Notes: generated by a model not told the origin, from the letters alone. DNA of 64,000 nt from a virus (IMGVR_UViG_3300037424_000485:128001-192000), one strand, 5' to 3'. Numbered from the stretch's first letter, positions 1-7,957 are shown. Made by a program: numbers and translations.

Positions 1-327
1 TCATCAGAAACCACTAAACTGTTAGGAATGAAATCAGGCAAAAACCATCATTATTATGGAAAATGTCGCACTGAAGGAGATAGAAGAAAGATAGCAGAAA
101 ACCATGCTGATGTGTCAGGAAAAAACAACCCTAGATCAAAAAGCTGGTCTATAATATCACCTGTTGGTGATATTATTGGTATTGAAGGGACTTTAAAATA
201 TTTTTGTGAAGAACATAATATAAGTTTAAGTATCCTAAAAAGAAACAGAGGACATATTATCAAAACTACCCGATACAATACAGAAATATGTAAAAATACT
301 ATAGGGTGGAAACTTATTGAAATTTAA
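1..327 (+). CDS. C-terminal part of a probable NUMOD3-containing homing endonuclease (open at window start)
   Basis: Frame is open from position 1; GKNHHYYGK..RTE..RRKI and GKNNP repeats resemble NUMOD3 DNA-binding motifs; only convincing plus-strand CDS in the window. Confidence 0.55.
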   Translation, partial: SSETTKLLGMKSGKNHHYYGKCRTEGDRRKIAENHADVSGKNNPRSKSWSIISPVGDIIGIEGTLKYFCEEHNISLSILKRNRGHIIKTTRYNTEICKNTIGWKLIEI

Positions 328-407
328 AATTGATTCAATATTACTCATTCTCCATGAGTATCACCAATCACATAGTCTTGTGTATATGGGGTTGTTTTTT
401 CTTTCAT
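324..407 (-). pseudogene. N-terminal remnant of a calcineurin-like metallophosphoesterase
   Basis: Translates MKEKTTPYTQDYVIGDTHGE*VILNQF*; VIGDTHG is metallophosphoesterase motif I; in-frame TGA at 347-345; ends where the opposite-strand endonuclease ends. Confidence 0.5.
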
Positions 408-451
408 ATTGTTATAATACCTTTCGTTGTAATTATTTTTGTATATATAGC

Positions 452-736
452 TTACATCCTAAATAAACTATCTGGTATTGTGGATACATATTCAAGTTCA
501 GTATTATAATACAACCACCCATGGAATCCAACCAATTCCTCATGTAGTAGTGGATCTCCAATATACACACGACAATACATATCACTAAGTGCTGACCCGA
601 TGGCTGTTACAGTTCCTATTTTACCAATAGCGTGATTCTCCATATGAACATTCCAATAAGAGCTATGAAAGCCATGATCGGCATGAGGAACATGAGAAAC
701 TATCCTAACTTTATCACCAGTTTTAAAACGTCCCAT
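452..736 (-). CDS. hypothetical phage protein (start refined to MGRFKTGDKV)
   Basis: ORF track 452..802; GGAG RBS before ATG at 736; sigma70-like promoter upstream. Confidence 0.6.
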   Translation of the reverse strand: MGRFKTGDKVRIVSHVPHADHGFHSSYWNVHMENHAIGKIGTVTAIGSALSDMYCRVYIGDPLLHEELVGFHGWLYYNTELEYVSTIPDSLFRM

Positions 737-790
737 ATAGTATCTCCAATTTACTTTTTTAGGCTGATCCTTTCGGTATAAACATGACTT

Positions 791-818
791 ATTATACACC
801 ATCTATATTATAAGTCAA
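791..818 (-). promoter_or_regulatory. sigma70-like early promoter
   Basis: TTGACT-16 nt-TATAAT. Confidence 0.55.
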
Positions 819-819
819 T

Positions 820-856
820 AAAAAACCCCTATCTCATAAAGAAATAGGGGTTTTTT
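820..856. terminator. bidirectional intrinsic terminator
   Basis: AAAAACCCCTAT...ATAGGGGTTTTT inverted repeat with A/T tracts on both sides. Confidence 0.65.
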
Positions 857-905
857 ATTAGATAAATGTTTTCTGTGTTAGGGGTAAGATAACCCTATCG
901 TAGAT

Positions 906-1142
906 TCATAACAACCATCTAAGCTTGTATACTATGGATATTATGCCCTCCACACATTGGAGGGCGCGGGATCATCACTGCCCATTCCACCCATCATCTT
1001 TTATATGGTCGAGGATAGACACACTACCGTCTGGATTCTTCAAGGCTACAGATCCTGTCTGTATATCATATACAACACCCTACACTTTTCGGCACAACTT
1101 ATTCATCATGCTATTCATACTATTACCAACTTCTACATTCAT
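906..1142 (-). pseudogene. small gene interrupted by an in-frame TAG
   Basis: GAGGAG RBS then MNVEVGNSMNSMMNKLCRKV*GVVYDIQTGSVALKNPDG...; TAG at 1082-1080 with the frame open afterwards to TGA 908-906. Confidence 0.45.
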
Positions 1143-1227
1143 TTTAAATCTCCTCTACATTTTTGATTAATAAAAACACATATTGTTTATACGTGTATGG
1201 TGTTATATTTTACTCTTTGTAAACAAC

Positions 1228-1494
1228 TCATTTATTAAGATCGGAGAGTTGATATTCTCCACTAGCAATCTTAGCGGCAGTTTCTTTCTTATTCTCACCA
1301 AGAAAGTAATTGCGATACTTGCCAGTGGTGACAGAATATCCCCAATATCTCTCATCAAGGGTAATAAGGCCCATATGACGCTTTGCAATGATGCTTTCAT
1401 AGCTCTGGAAATACTCAGCACCATCATCATCAATAATGATAAACTGGTTGGGTATTTTATTTCCCCTATTGCTAGTCATGTTGGTTACTTTCAT
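1228..1494 (-). CDS. hypothetical phage protein
   Basis: ORF with GGAGG RBS; protein-like composition (NQFII...YFQSYESIIAK). Confidence 0.7.
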   Translation of the reverse strand: MKVTNMTSNRGNKIPNQFIIIDDDGAEYFQSYESIIAKRHMGLITLDERYWGYSVTTGKYRNYFLGENKKETAAKIASGEYQLSDLNK

Positions 1495-1559
1495 TTTGAT
1501 ACCTCCTTTTAAAATAATGATTAATATAGCAGTATGTATATATTATATTGACCAGTATG

Positions 1560-1985
1560 TCAAGGATTATTTCGCATCCCTTGGATGATTTTACTTACAA
1601 CTTGACCATCAACGGCCTTACCAAAATGTTTAGTAACCATACCAACAGCTTGCATCTTGTTTTTCAGAGCACCAAAATCAATATTATCTTTAATGAACTT
1701 GATAACATCTTCTTCAGATACTTTTTCAGGTAAAAGACCATCAAGAATATTAACATATTCAGATGTTGAAGGATCTTCCCCTTTAGCAGTTAGCAATTCA
1801 ATCTCAGATTTCATTAATTTCTCAATAATACTAAGCATTTGAATGTCAGTTGGATGTTCATTTGCTTTGAGATTCAAGCGAGGAATTTCACCAAGGATCA
1901 TTCTTAACGTATCTTTCATAACAACATCTTTTTCTTTCATAGCATTTGTAAGAGATGTTCTTAGCTTCACTTCTAGCTTATTCAT
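1560..1985 (-). CDS. GatB/YqeY-domain protein
   Basis: LTNAMKEKD...TLRMILGEI...KSEIE...ILDGLLP..SEEDV...MQAVGMV pattern typical of YqeY; start refined to MNKLEVK. Confidence 0.8.
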   Translation of the reverse strand: MNKLEVKLRTSLTNAMKEKDVVMKDTLRMILGEIPRLNLKANEHPTDIQMLSIIEKLMKSEIELLTAKGEDPSTSEYVNILDGLLPEKVSEEDVIKFIKDNIDFGALKNKMQAVGMVTKHFGKAVDGQVVSKIIQGMRNNP

Positions 1986-2086
1986 TTTTAAATCCTTTTT
2001 ATCATTGTTATGTCTTATCATATCTAAGGGTATAACCCCTTCGTTAATTCTAAAATATATCAATGATTATTTTTGTAATTAAAATT

Positions 2087-2161
2087 TGGTATCCCTACCA
2101 AGAATCGAACTTGGATCACAGCCTTATAAGGACTACGCACTAACCGTTGTGCTATAGGGAT
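2087..2161 (-). tRNA. tRNA-Ile(TAT)
   Basis: Full cloverleaf, anticodon loop CT-TAT-AA, TTCGATT T-loop, encoded CCA. Confidence 0.85.
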
Positions 2162-2225
2162 ATTAAGTTGAATGGATCATATATGACCCTTAACACTATG
2201 TTAGTGGTTTTTATATGAACTAAAA

Positions 2226-2304
2226 TGGTAGGGGCAAAGGGGGTCGAACCCTCACTGGATGGATTTTAAATCCACTATCTCTGCCACAATTGGATTATAC
2301 CCCC
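2226..2304 (-). tRNA. tRNA-Leu(TAA)
   Basis: Anticodon arm GTGGA-TT TAA AA-TCCAT, TTCGA T-loop, CCA end. Confidence 0.8.
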
Positions 2305-2312
2305 ATATTATT

Positions 2313-2606
2313 TTACAGCTTTGAAGCTGTCTTTAATGTGCGTGTCCTAAAAAACCCATCAAATTCAGGTACTTCCAATACAAGCAATCTAGCATATCTA
2401 CTAGTGTAGTTATTATTCAATTTAAAACCATCTTCACTAATAGTTTCAAAACTAATATGCCATCTAACCCTTTCAAATATTGCCTTTGCAGAGTATGTAT
2501 CAAAACCTCTTCTTTTTACTTCTTCTGCAAATCGTTTGAATGCTTTAAAAACAATAGGATTGTTTTTATGATATTCCCAAAATTTAGCATCAATCACATC
2601 CGACAT
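2313..2606 (-). CDS. hypothetical phage protein
   Basis: ORF between tRNAs; FWEYHKNNP..F...YSAKAIFERVRW motif typical of small phage proteins. Confidence 0.7.
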   Translation of the reverse strand: MSDVIDAKFWEYHKNNPIVFKAFKRFAEEVKRRGFDTYSAKAIFERVRWHISFETISEDGFKLNNNYTSRYARLLVLEVPEFDGFFRTRTLKTASKL

Positions 2607-2632
2607 ATTTTCCTCATCTGTTATTGTTTTAA

Positions 2633-2707
2633 TGGTGCGCCTACTAGGAATCGAACCTAGATAGTCTATTTAGAAGACAGATGCACTATCCATTGTACTA
2701 TAGACGC
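2633..2707 (-). tRNA. tRNA-Arg(TCT)
   Basis: Cloverleaf, TCTGT-CT TCT AA-ATAGA anticodon arm, CCA end. Confidence 0.85.
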
Positions 2708-2715
2708 ATATAATT

Positions 2716-2789
2716 TTGAGCACCAGAAGGTAATCGAAACTTCGTATTCTGTATGTAAAACAGACATTCTTCCATTGAACTAAGGGAGC
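2716..2789 (-). pseudogene. degenerate tRNA-Val(TAC)
   Basis: D arm and TCTGT-TT TAC AT-ACAGA arm intact; acceptor and T stems mismatched; ends CAA. Confidence 0.5.
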
Positions 2790-3116
2790 ATATACTACTT
2801 ATCTGTTTTGGATTTGAACCAAAACCCCCACGTTGCGGATTTACGCTTACCATAATTAAGTCAGAATCGAACTGACAACTACCCAAGACATGGTGTACTA
2901 ACCAATTATACGACCAGAATATTTATTTTATTATACCTCTTATAAAACAGCCAGTATACCAAAAGCTAAGAACCATAATACCCCAACTTTCTGTTTGAGA
3001 GGATGCTAGGATATCCTCAAAGCCCATCGGGTTACGGCAAATGACACCGGGAGACTTCAGTTCTGTCTTGATTAAAGTGAGTGAACTAAGCGTTTCCTAC
3101 AATGCTCACTATATTT

Positions 3117-3192
3117 TGGAAGCGGGTATCGGAACTGCCCCGATCTTATACTTGGTTATGAGCCAAGGAAGACACTATGCCTACCACCCGCA
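3117..3192 (-). tRNA. tRNA-Met(CAT), initiator-like
   Basis: CTTGG-CT CAT AA-CCAAG arm; 1:72 mismatch as in fMet tRNAs; non-canonical T-loop; CCA end. Confidence 0.75.
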
Positions 3193-3200
3193 ATACCTTC

Positions 3201-3347
3201 TTATTTATCTACAATATCTTCAAGAGGTTTGTAACATTCATAACATACCATAACTACCTTGGATGCGTCAAGCTGCTTTTGAATATCTTTTTCTTCATCA
3301 GAAGACATACTAAGATCGATATCTTTACCACATGAATAGCACTTCAT
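3201..3347 (-). CDS. 48-aa CxxC...CxxC small protein (below ORF-track cutoff)
   Basis: MKCYSCGKDID...MVCYECYKPLEDIVDK*. Confidence 0.55.
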   Translation of the reverse strand: MKCYSCGKDIDLSMSSDEEKDIQKQLDASKVVMVCYECYKPLEDIVDK

Positions 3348-3445
3348 TTTACACACCCCATAGATTCATCATTGCCAACAGTTCAAAATGAACCATCTAC
3401 CCTAATTAAAATATATATTAATCCTTTCATATCATGATATTAAAA

Positions 3446-3524
3446 TGGAGCGGATAGGAGGTAACGATCCCCTTGTGTATGGTTGGAAACCACATGTCCC
3501 ACCTAGGAACTCAACTCTATCCGC
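3446..3524 (-). tRNA. tRNA-Gly(TCC)
   Basis: GCGGATA/TATCCGC acceptor, TT TCC AA loop, CCA end; atypical D and T arms. Confidence 0.7.
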
Positions 3525-3527
3525 GCA

Positions 3528-3758
3528 TTATTCATCTACAGTAAAAAACTCACAGCAAGGATATTTTCTCCCCTGCTCATCAAATGGTTCTGTTCCGTCT
3601 TCTTCTTGATTACAGGAACAACCCCTTGGCACACAATAATCACAATAGTAATCATTATGTTGTATACCGCCATAACTTGGCATATATAACCAAGTTCCTT
3701 TATTACCACAATTACAATACCCTACAAGCTCACCAGTAGCTATTTCCATACCTGCCAT
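3528..3758 (-). CDS. Cys-rich hypothetical protein
   Basis: ORF; CNCG...YYCDYCVPRGCSCN...YPCCEF pattern. Confidence 0.65.
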   Translation of the reverse strand: MAGMEIATGELVGYCNCGNKGTWLYMPSYGGIQHNDYYCDYCVPRGCSCNQEEDGTEPFDEQGRKYPCCEFFTVDE

Positions 3759-3789
3759 ACAATAACCTTATAAGATATTAAAACGCGCC

Positions 3790-3965
3790 CAACTCATGTT
3801 AATTATACAGTCGGTATGCCTACCAAAGACTGATCCGCTATACATTTAGGGAGCAGGGTACAGCAATGAGCTAGATCAAATTTAAGGGGATTTTCACCCC
3901 CACTCTCTTTACATAGGCTTACAGATGGTTATGCATCCCCATTACTTCCCTATGCCGTGATCTAA
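3790..3965 (-). ncRNA. candidate structured ncRNA of unknown class
   Basis: Nested helices TAGATCA/TGATCTA, GCATAGG/CCTATGT, GGGG-TGAAAAT-CCCC, GCTCAT/ATGAGT, CAGTC/GACTG enclosing GGTA-GGCA-TACC; GC-rich, no ORF. Confidence 0.55.
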
Positions 3966-3981
3966 GAGTAAGACCATGTTT

Positions 3982-4056
3982 TGGCGACCTAGAAGGGATG
4001 TGCGCCCTCACTGTACACGCTGACAACGTGCTGCACTACTATTATGCTACTAGGCC
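3982..4056 (-). tRNA. tRNA-Asp(GTC)
   Basis: GCACG-TT GTC AG-CGTGT arm, CCA end, non-canonical T-loop CGCACAT. Confidence 0.8.
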
Positions 4057-4064
4057 ATATTCTT

Positions 4065-4745
4065 TTATACTTTAGATATCATCAGTTCTGCTTTTTCAAT
4101 AACAGCATTAACAACATCATATGCAGCATTATATTTAATACTATTCTTACGTCCAGCCTGTTTTGCCAGAATTTCCAGCATAATAGATCGTCCGTTTCCA
4201 TAGGGAAGTTTACCTTCCCTTAATCCTTTTGCTACTGAGGAACGAAAACCTCCATTCCCATCTTCAAGTGTATCAGCGATAGACCCCAACAGAGAAATAA
4301 CGGGAGCTAATGCTTCTTGTTTGATCTTCTGATCATCAGCCCATTTCTTCTCAGTAAGCTCATAGTCAGTCAGGCCATCATTTTTTTCTCTCTGAGCTTG
4401 TAACTTTTCTTCACGTTCTTTATTACGCTTCTCTTCACGAAGCTTTCTATCTCTAGCAAGCTTTATTTCATGCACAACACTGGTAAGACCATCATCACCA
4501 GATTTCTTAACACACTCAGATCCAACGGTAAAGAGCTTTCCATTGGCATCTTTAATAATATAATGAATACTCAAAGCAGTATAACAATACTTACATGAAC
4601 CAACGGTAAAGGGAAGATTTTTAAGCATTTCATTCCAGTTTTCTGGATAATTAGCCATCCATTCTCTTGAAGGCATTTCCCAAATCCCATTAACTTTAAA
4701 GGGTGCTTTGCCAAGTCCTTCTACTTCCCATTTATGAATGCTCAT
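4065..4745 (-). CDS. hypothetical phage protein with a CxxC/H/C zinc site
   Basis: ORF; LGKAPF...SCKYC...IHY...VGSECV; promoter upstream. Confidence 0.75.
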   Translation of the reverse strand: MSIHKWEVEGLGKAPFKVNGIWEMPSREWMANYPENWNEMLKNLPFTVGSCKYCYTALSIHYIIKDANGKLFTVGSECVKKSGDDGLTSVVHEIKLARDRKLREEKRNKEREEKLQAQREKNDGLTDYELTEKKWADDQKIKQEALAPVISLLGSIADTLEDGNGGFRSSVAKGLREGKLPYGNGRSIMLEILAKQAGRKNSIKYNAAYDVVNAVIEKAELMISKV

Positions 4746-4779
4746 ATCATAACCTCTGGTTAATTTTGATTATGATATA

Positions 4780-4807
4780 TATTACAACTTTTCTTTAACC
4801 TTGTCAA
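4780..4807 (-). promoter_or_regulatory. sigma70-like promoter
   Basis: TTGACA-17 nt-TAATAT upstream of 4065..4745. Confidence 0.5.
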
Positions 4808-4828
4808 GAAAATAATATTAATTAATTT

Positions 4829-4902
4829 TGGCATACCGTAAAGGTGACGCTCCCTTGTTTTCTGGTTTGGAATAAGATGTTCTACTGTTGAACTAACGAT
4901 CT
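4829..4902 (-). tRNA. tRNA-Trp(CCA), partly degenerate
   Basis: TT CCA AA loop and CCA end; two mismatches in the anticodon stem. Confidence 0.55.
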
Positions 4903-4911
4903 GTACATTTT

Positions 4912-4985
4912 TGGTAGTGGTAAGTGGAATCGAACCACTATCTCAACCTTATCAGGATTGCCCTTTACCGTTAAGGCATACCACT
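4912..4985 (-). tRNA. tRNA-Ile(GAT)
   Basis: Canonical cloverleaf, CT GAT AA loop, CCA end. Confidence 0.9.
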
Positions 4986-4995
4986 ATTTAATTTT

Positions 4996-5081
4996 TGGTG
5001 GGCCAGGTAGGATTCGAACCTACACACCATCGAAGATAAGAGCTTCTAAGACTCCCGTGTCTACCGTTACACCACTGGCCC
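4996..5081 (-). tRNA. tRNA-Leu(TAG)
   Basis: Canonical cloverleaf with long variable arm, CT TAG AA loop, CCA end. Confidence 0.9.
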
Positions 5082-5130
5082 ATAATTATTTCATATCCCA
5101 CGTGGGATAAACCGCCATATTTTATTAAAA

Positions 5131-5291
5131 GATTGAACAGGCAGGAGTCGAACCTGCATATCAGGATTACGTTAGGCTGTTACCTGAAAAGTGGTTTGGC
5201 CCATGAGCCTAGAAGATGTCGTTTCCGTTTCATCCCCATCCATATTGGTTTGCCCCACACTCCCCTATACCAGTTCGGGTACAATTCAATC
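5131..5291 (-). ncRNA. tRNA-like RNA whose anticodon arm is replaced by a multi-helix domain
   Basis: 8-bp acceptor GATTGAAT/GTTCAATC, D-like arm GTACC/GGTAT, T arm GCAGG-TTCGACT-CCTGC, variable arm TCAGG/CCTGA, about 85-nt structured insert. Confidence 0.6.
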
Positions 5292-5456
5292 TTTATTTCT
5301 TTTATCTTATCCATAACCTACGGACAATGTTTCTTCCAATCCATTTATTCATACTACGTTTGAATATAGGAATTAATGACCCTTTCATTAGAGATCTAAC
5401 AATAGCTCTAATGTCATTGTTTATAATATTTAGTTTAAAAAGAGTCATTTTATTCC

Positions 5457-5660
5457 TTATGCCTCATGGTAAATTTCTAGTTTCCGTTGGATAGTTTCGT
5501 AAGACTCAGAACAGTAAAAAGGCTCATCTGAACCAGCTACAAAAACGGAACACTTTTCAACATCTAGCTCATGGATGGCAACTATATAGGATGTTAAAAT
5601 GGATAATTTCTTGCCATTATGGTTTGTAAATAGTTGTTTCTGCATAACAATACACTCCAT
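5457..5660 (-). CDS. hypothetical protein
   Basis: ORF; FlbD-like spacing (IVAI...CSVFVAG...YCSESYETI). Confidence 0.55.
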   Translation of the reverse strand: MECIVMQKQLFTNHNGKKLSILTSYIVAIHELDVEKCSVFVAGSDEPFYCSESYETIQRKLEIYHEA

Positions 5661-5746
5661 ATCCCTTTACCAATTTGGACAATATTAAATCAATTAACAC
5701 TATCTATGCACTGTAACATAACCTATGTTTAAAAGCAATAGTTATG

Positions 5747-6799
5747 TTACAGATTTATATATTTATCAAAGAACCATTTCCTACCCTTATTAGAGATAGC
5801 ACTTGTGACATCTTTAACAATAAGGCCACTAGCAATTAGAGTATCTACCTCTTCTTTCATTACATCTGTAACAACCCATTTCAGAAACTTACCCGTATTG
5901 GATACATCAGGAGTAATGTTATTGGCTTCAAATATATCTCTTATCCCCTGCTCAAGCCTGTTCTCTGTTACTGCGTAATCAACAAACTCTTTAACGGATG
6001 CCAATTTCTCAGGATCGATAGGAGCGAGGCACTTTACCTTAGATCCTGAATGCTTTTCGCCCTTAACTTTAAAACGAAACATATTGCCATTGATATTAGA
6101 AGACCAAACTGCACCCTCACCAATAATAGAACCATTTTCCGAGGTGGCCCCTAACTTTTTAGCAACAGGACATTCTCTTTCTATCTCATTGGTGATATCA
6201 ATTAACTCATTCTGAGATAATTTGGGATCGTTAAGATCTACCTCTATATTATATGTCCCAAAATAATCAATATGGAACATTCTGATATCATGGTATTTCT
6301 CTACATAAAAATCAAACCAATTTGTTTCTTTTTCATTCTCATCAAGTGGGTTAATTGTATGTTTAACACCAAAGATAACAAACATCTTTTCTAATTGGGA
6401 TACACCAACACCACCTGTAATGCCTTTTCCACACCATTCGCCATATATAGAAACAACACCTTCAGTAAGATCATACGCTTTAACGAGCAGGCTGAACAAT
6501 TCTTTAAAAACAACCTTGTTTTTCTCAACGTAACATGCAAAGCCTTTGTTATCATCGGGAATAGTTATAATCCTTTCTCTGGATTGTACCCACATATCAC
6601 CAGTGGTAATATCAAAACATACCCCTGCATTTGTGCCATGGATTTTTACTCTACCTGTGAAATTAATTACAGGGAGTATTTTGTTGTAATCATATATGAC
6701 TTTTCCTTTATCATCCTTGCCATTATATCTAAGGTGATCTACAAGACCCCTTACAGCAGACCCATACACACTTATGGATGGAAATTTAATACAATTCAT
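5747..6799 (-). CDS. RNA ligase, Rnl2-like nucleotidyltransferase
   Basis: Motif I VKIHGTN, IYGEWCG (motif III), GEGAVW (motif IV), FKVKG (motif V); start refined to MNCIKF. Confidence 0.85.
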   Translation of the reverse strand: MNCIKFPSISVYGSAVRGLVDHLRYNGKDDKGKVIYDYNKILPVINFTGRVKIHGTNAGVCFDITTGDMWVQSRERIITIPDDNKGFACYVEKNKVVFKELFSLLVKAYDLTEGVVSIYGEWCGKGITGGVGVSQLEKMFVIFGVKHTINPLDENEKETNWFDFYVEKYHDIRMFHIDYFGTYNIEVDLNDPKLSQNELIDITNEIERECPVAKKLGATSENGSIIGEGAVWSSNINGNMFRFKVKGEKHSGSKVKCLAPIDPEKLASVKEFVDYAVTENRLEQGIRDIFEANNITPDVSNTGKFLKWVVTDVMKEEVDTLIASGLIVKDVTSAISNKGRKWFFDKYINL

Positions 6800-7011
6800 T
6801 ACAATACCTCGTCTATACAATTATGGCTCATGTCATCTTGATGCCAAGCTCTACATTTTGAACATTTTATGCATCTACCAACCGCAACATCCATTTGCTT
6901 ATTATATTTTACAGATAATCCTATATATATCGCAAATAGTATGAATAAAATAGATACTGCCCATACTATAATACCTGTCACTGTACAGATGTCGGTTAGA
7001 ATTGTCAACAT
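6799..7011 (-). CDS. hypothetical membrane protein
   Basis: ORF with an N-terminal hydrophobic helix; TAATG coupling to the ligase. Confidence 0.55.
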   Translation of the reverse strand: MLTILTDICTVTGIIVWAVSILFILFAIYIGLSVKYNKQMDVAVGRCIKCSKCRAWHQDDMSHNCIDEVL

Positions 7012-7019
7012 TTAATTAC

Positions 7020-7235
7020 CTATTTTACAAGTTTCTTACCATCAACAGCCAGGATATCTACATTGCCTGTATAGGTATCAATTTCTACATCAAATTTTAC
7101 TTCATATAATGCATACGAGAATTCTCTTTTTACATCATTTGAGAGCGAAAGACCATATTCGTCTTCAATACTATTAATAAAACTATAATTCTCATCTTTA
7201 CTGCTATGACAATACATAACTGATTTAATTTTCAT
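7020..7235 (-). CDS. hypothetical protein
   Basis: ORF in tandem minus-strand array. Confidence 0.65.
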   Translation of the reverse strand: MKIKSVMYCHSSKDENYSFINSIEDEYGLSLSNDVKREFSYALYEVKFDVEIDTYTGNVDILAVDGKKLVK

Positions 7236-7328
7236 TTCGAATTCACATTTTCCTTAATTAACATTTAGCCGATCTTAATAGATCGTTACCAACATACGCT
7301 ACGTGGAAGCAGTTAATTATTATATGTT

Positions 7329-7400
7329 TCGGAATGAGAGGGGTCGAACCTCTGATCTCTAGTTCCCAAAACTAGCGGCATACCACTTGCCTACACCCCG
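7329..7400 (-). tRNA. tRNA-Pro(TGG)
   Basis: CGGGGTG/CATTCCG acceptor, CTAGT-TT TGG GA-ACTAG arm; CCA not encoded. Confidence 0.85.
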
Positions 7401-7409
7401 GTATAATTT

Positions 7410-7748
7410 TTACCAGTAGAACCAACCAGCATCTTTAATCCATTTATCAAATGAATAACCATCATAATCCATATGACGTAAGACACGTGAAGTCTCTACT
7501 TTATCTTTTGCACGTCTTTCACGATTTAACATCCGTGTATAGGACTTTGGCGCATGGCCATCCCATCCATAACCACTTTTAGTTTCTCTATGGTACTTTG
7601 AAACAGTGTATTTATCATCTCTAATTGAACAATTTCTTGAACAATGAATACCAAAACACCGATCATTAACACATTGCTCTATGCGATAACAATATGTTTC
7701 TAAAATTTGGTCGTTAGTGACCTTTTTTCTTCTGTATGTTCTTGACAT
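7410..7748 (-). CDS. hypothetical phage protein
   Basis: ORF with AGGAG RBS; MSRTYRRK basic start. Confidence 0.7.
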   Translation of the reverse strand: MSRTYRRKKVTNDQILETYCYRIEQCVNDRCFGIHCSRNCSIRDDKYTVSKYHRETKSGYGWDGHAPKSYTRMLNRERRAKDKVETSRVLRHMDYDGYSFDKWIKDAGWFYW

Positions 7749-7839
7749 TTTGAATCTCCTATATATGTATAATTACATATTCGAGTATCAAAATTATTAT
7801 AAATTGTTTTCATTATATTTTTCCTTACATTTTAAAAAT

Positions 7840-7913
7840 TGGGAGGCCCGGATGGTTACGCTCCATCGTTGATCGGTTAAAAGCCGAATATTCTACTATT
7901 AAATTACGAACCC
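7840..7913 (-). tRNA. tRNA-Lys(TTT)
   Basis: TTCGG-CT TTT AA-CCGAT arm, CCA end, T-loop AGCGTAA. Confidence 0.85.
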
Positions 7914-7957
7914 ATACATTTCTTACTAGCATGGATTCATAATTCATCCATACTTTA

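Noticed and set aside
906-1142. Genome-wide stop-codon reassignment (TAG or TGA recoding)
   Set aside because: Long essential genes are intact in the standard code, TAG and TGA end conserved genes at expected positions (gp13, gp55), and no suppressor tRNA was found; the in-frame stops at 1082 and 347 are isolated.
2994-3110. Hammerhead ribozyme (GAAAC and CTGAAG motifs)
   Set aside because: Core reads CUGAAGU rather than CUGANGA and stems I-III could not be assembled consistently.
5180-5265. c-di-GMP-I riboswitch resemblance (GGCAAACC...GGGGATG...GGGCCAAA)
   Set aside because: The conserved GACGCAAAGC core is not matched and the segment is nested in a tRNA-like frame with no downstream gene to regulate; left to cmscan.
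5131-5291. tmRNA call
   Set aside because: Too short, no G3:U70 alanine determinant and no tag reading frame.
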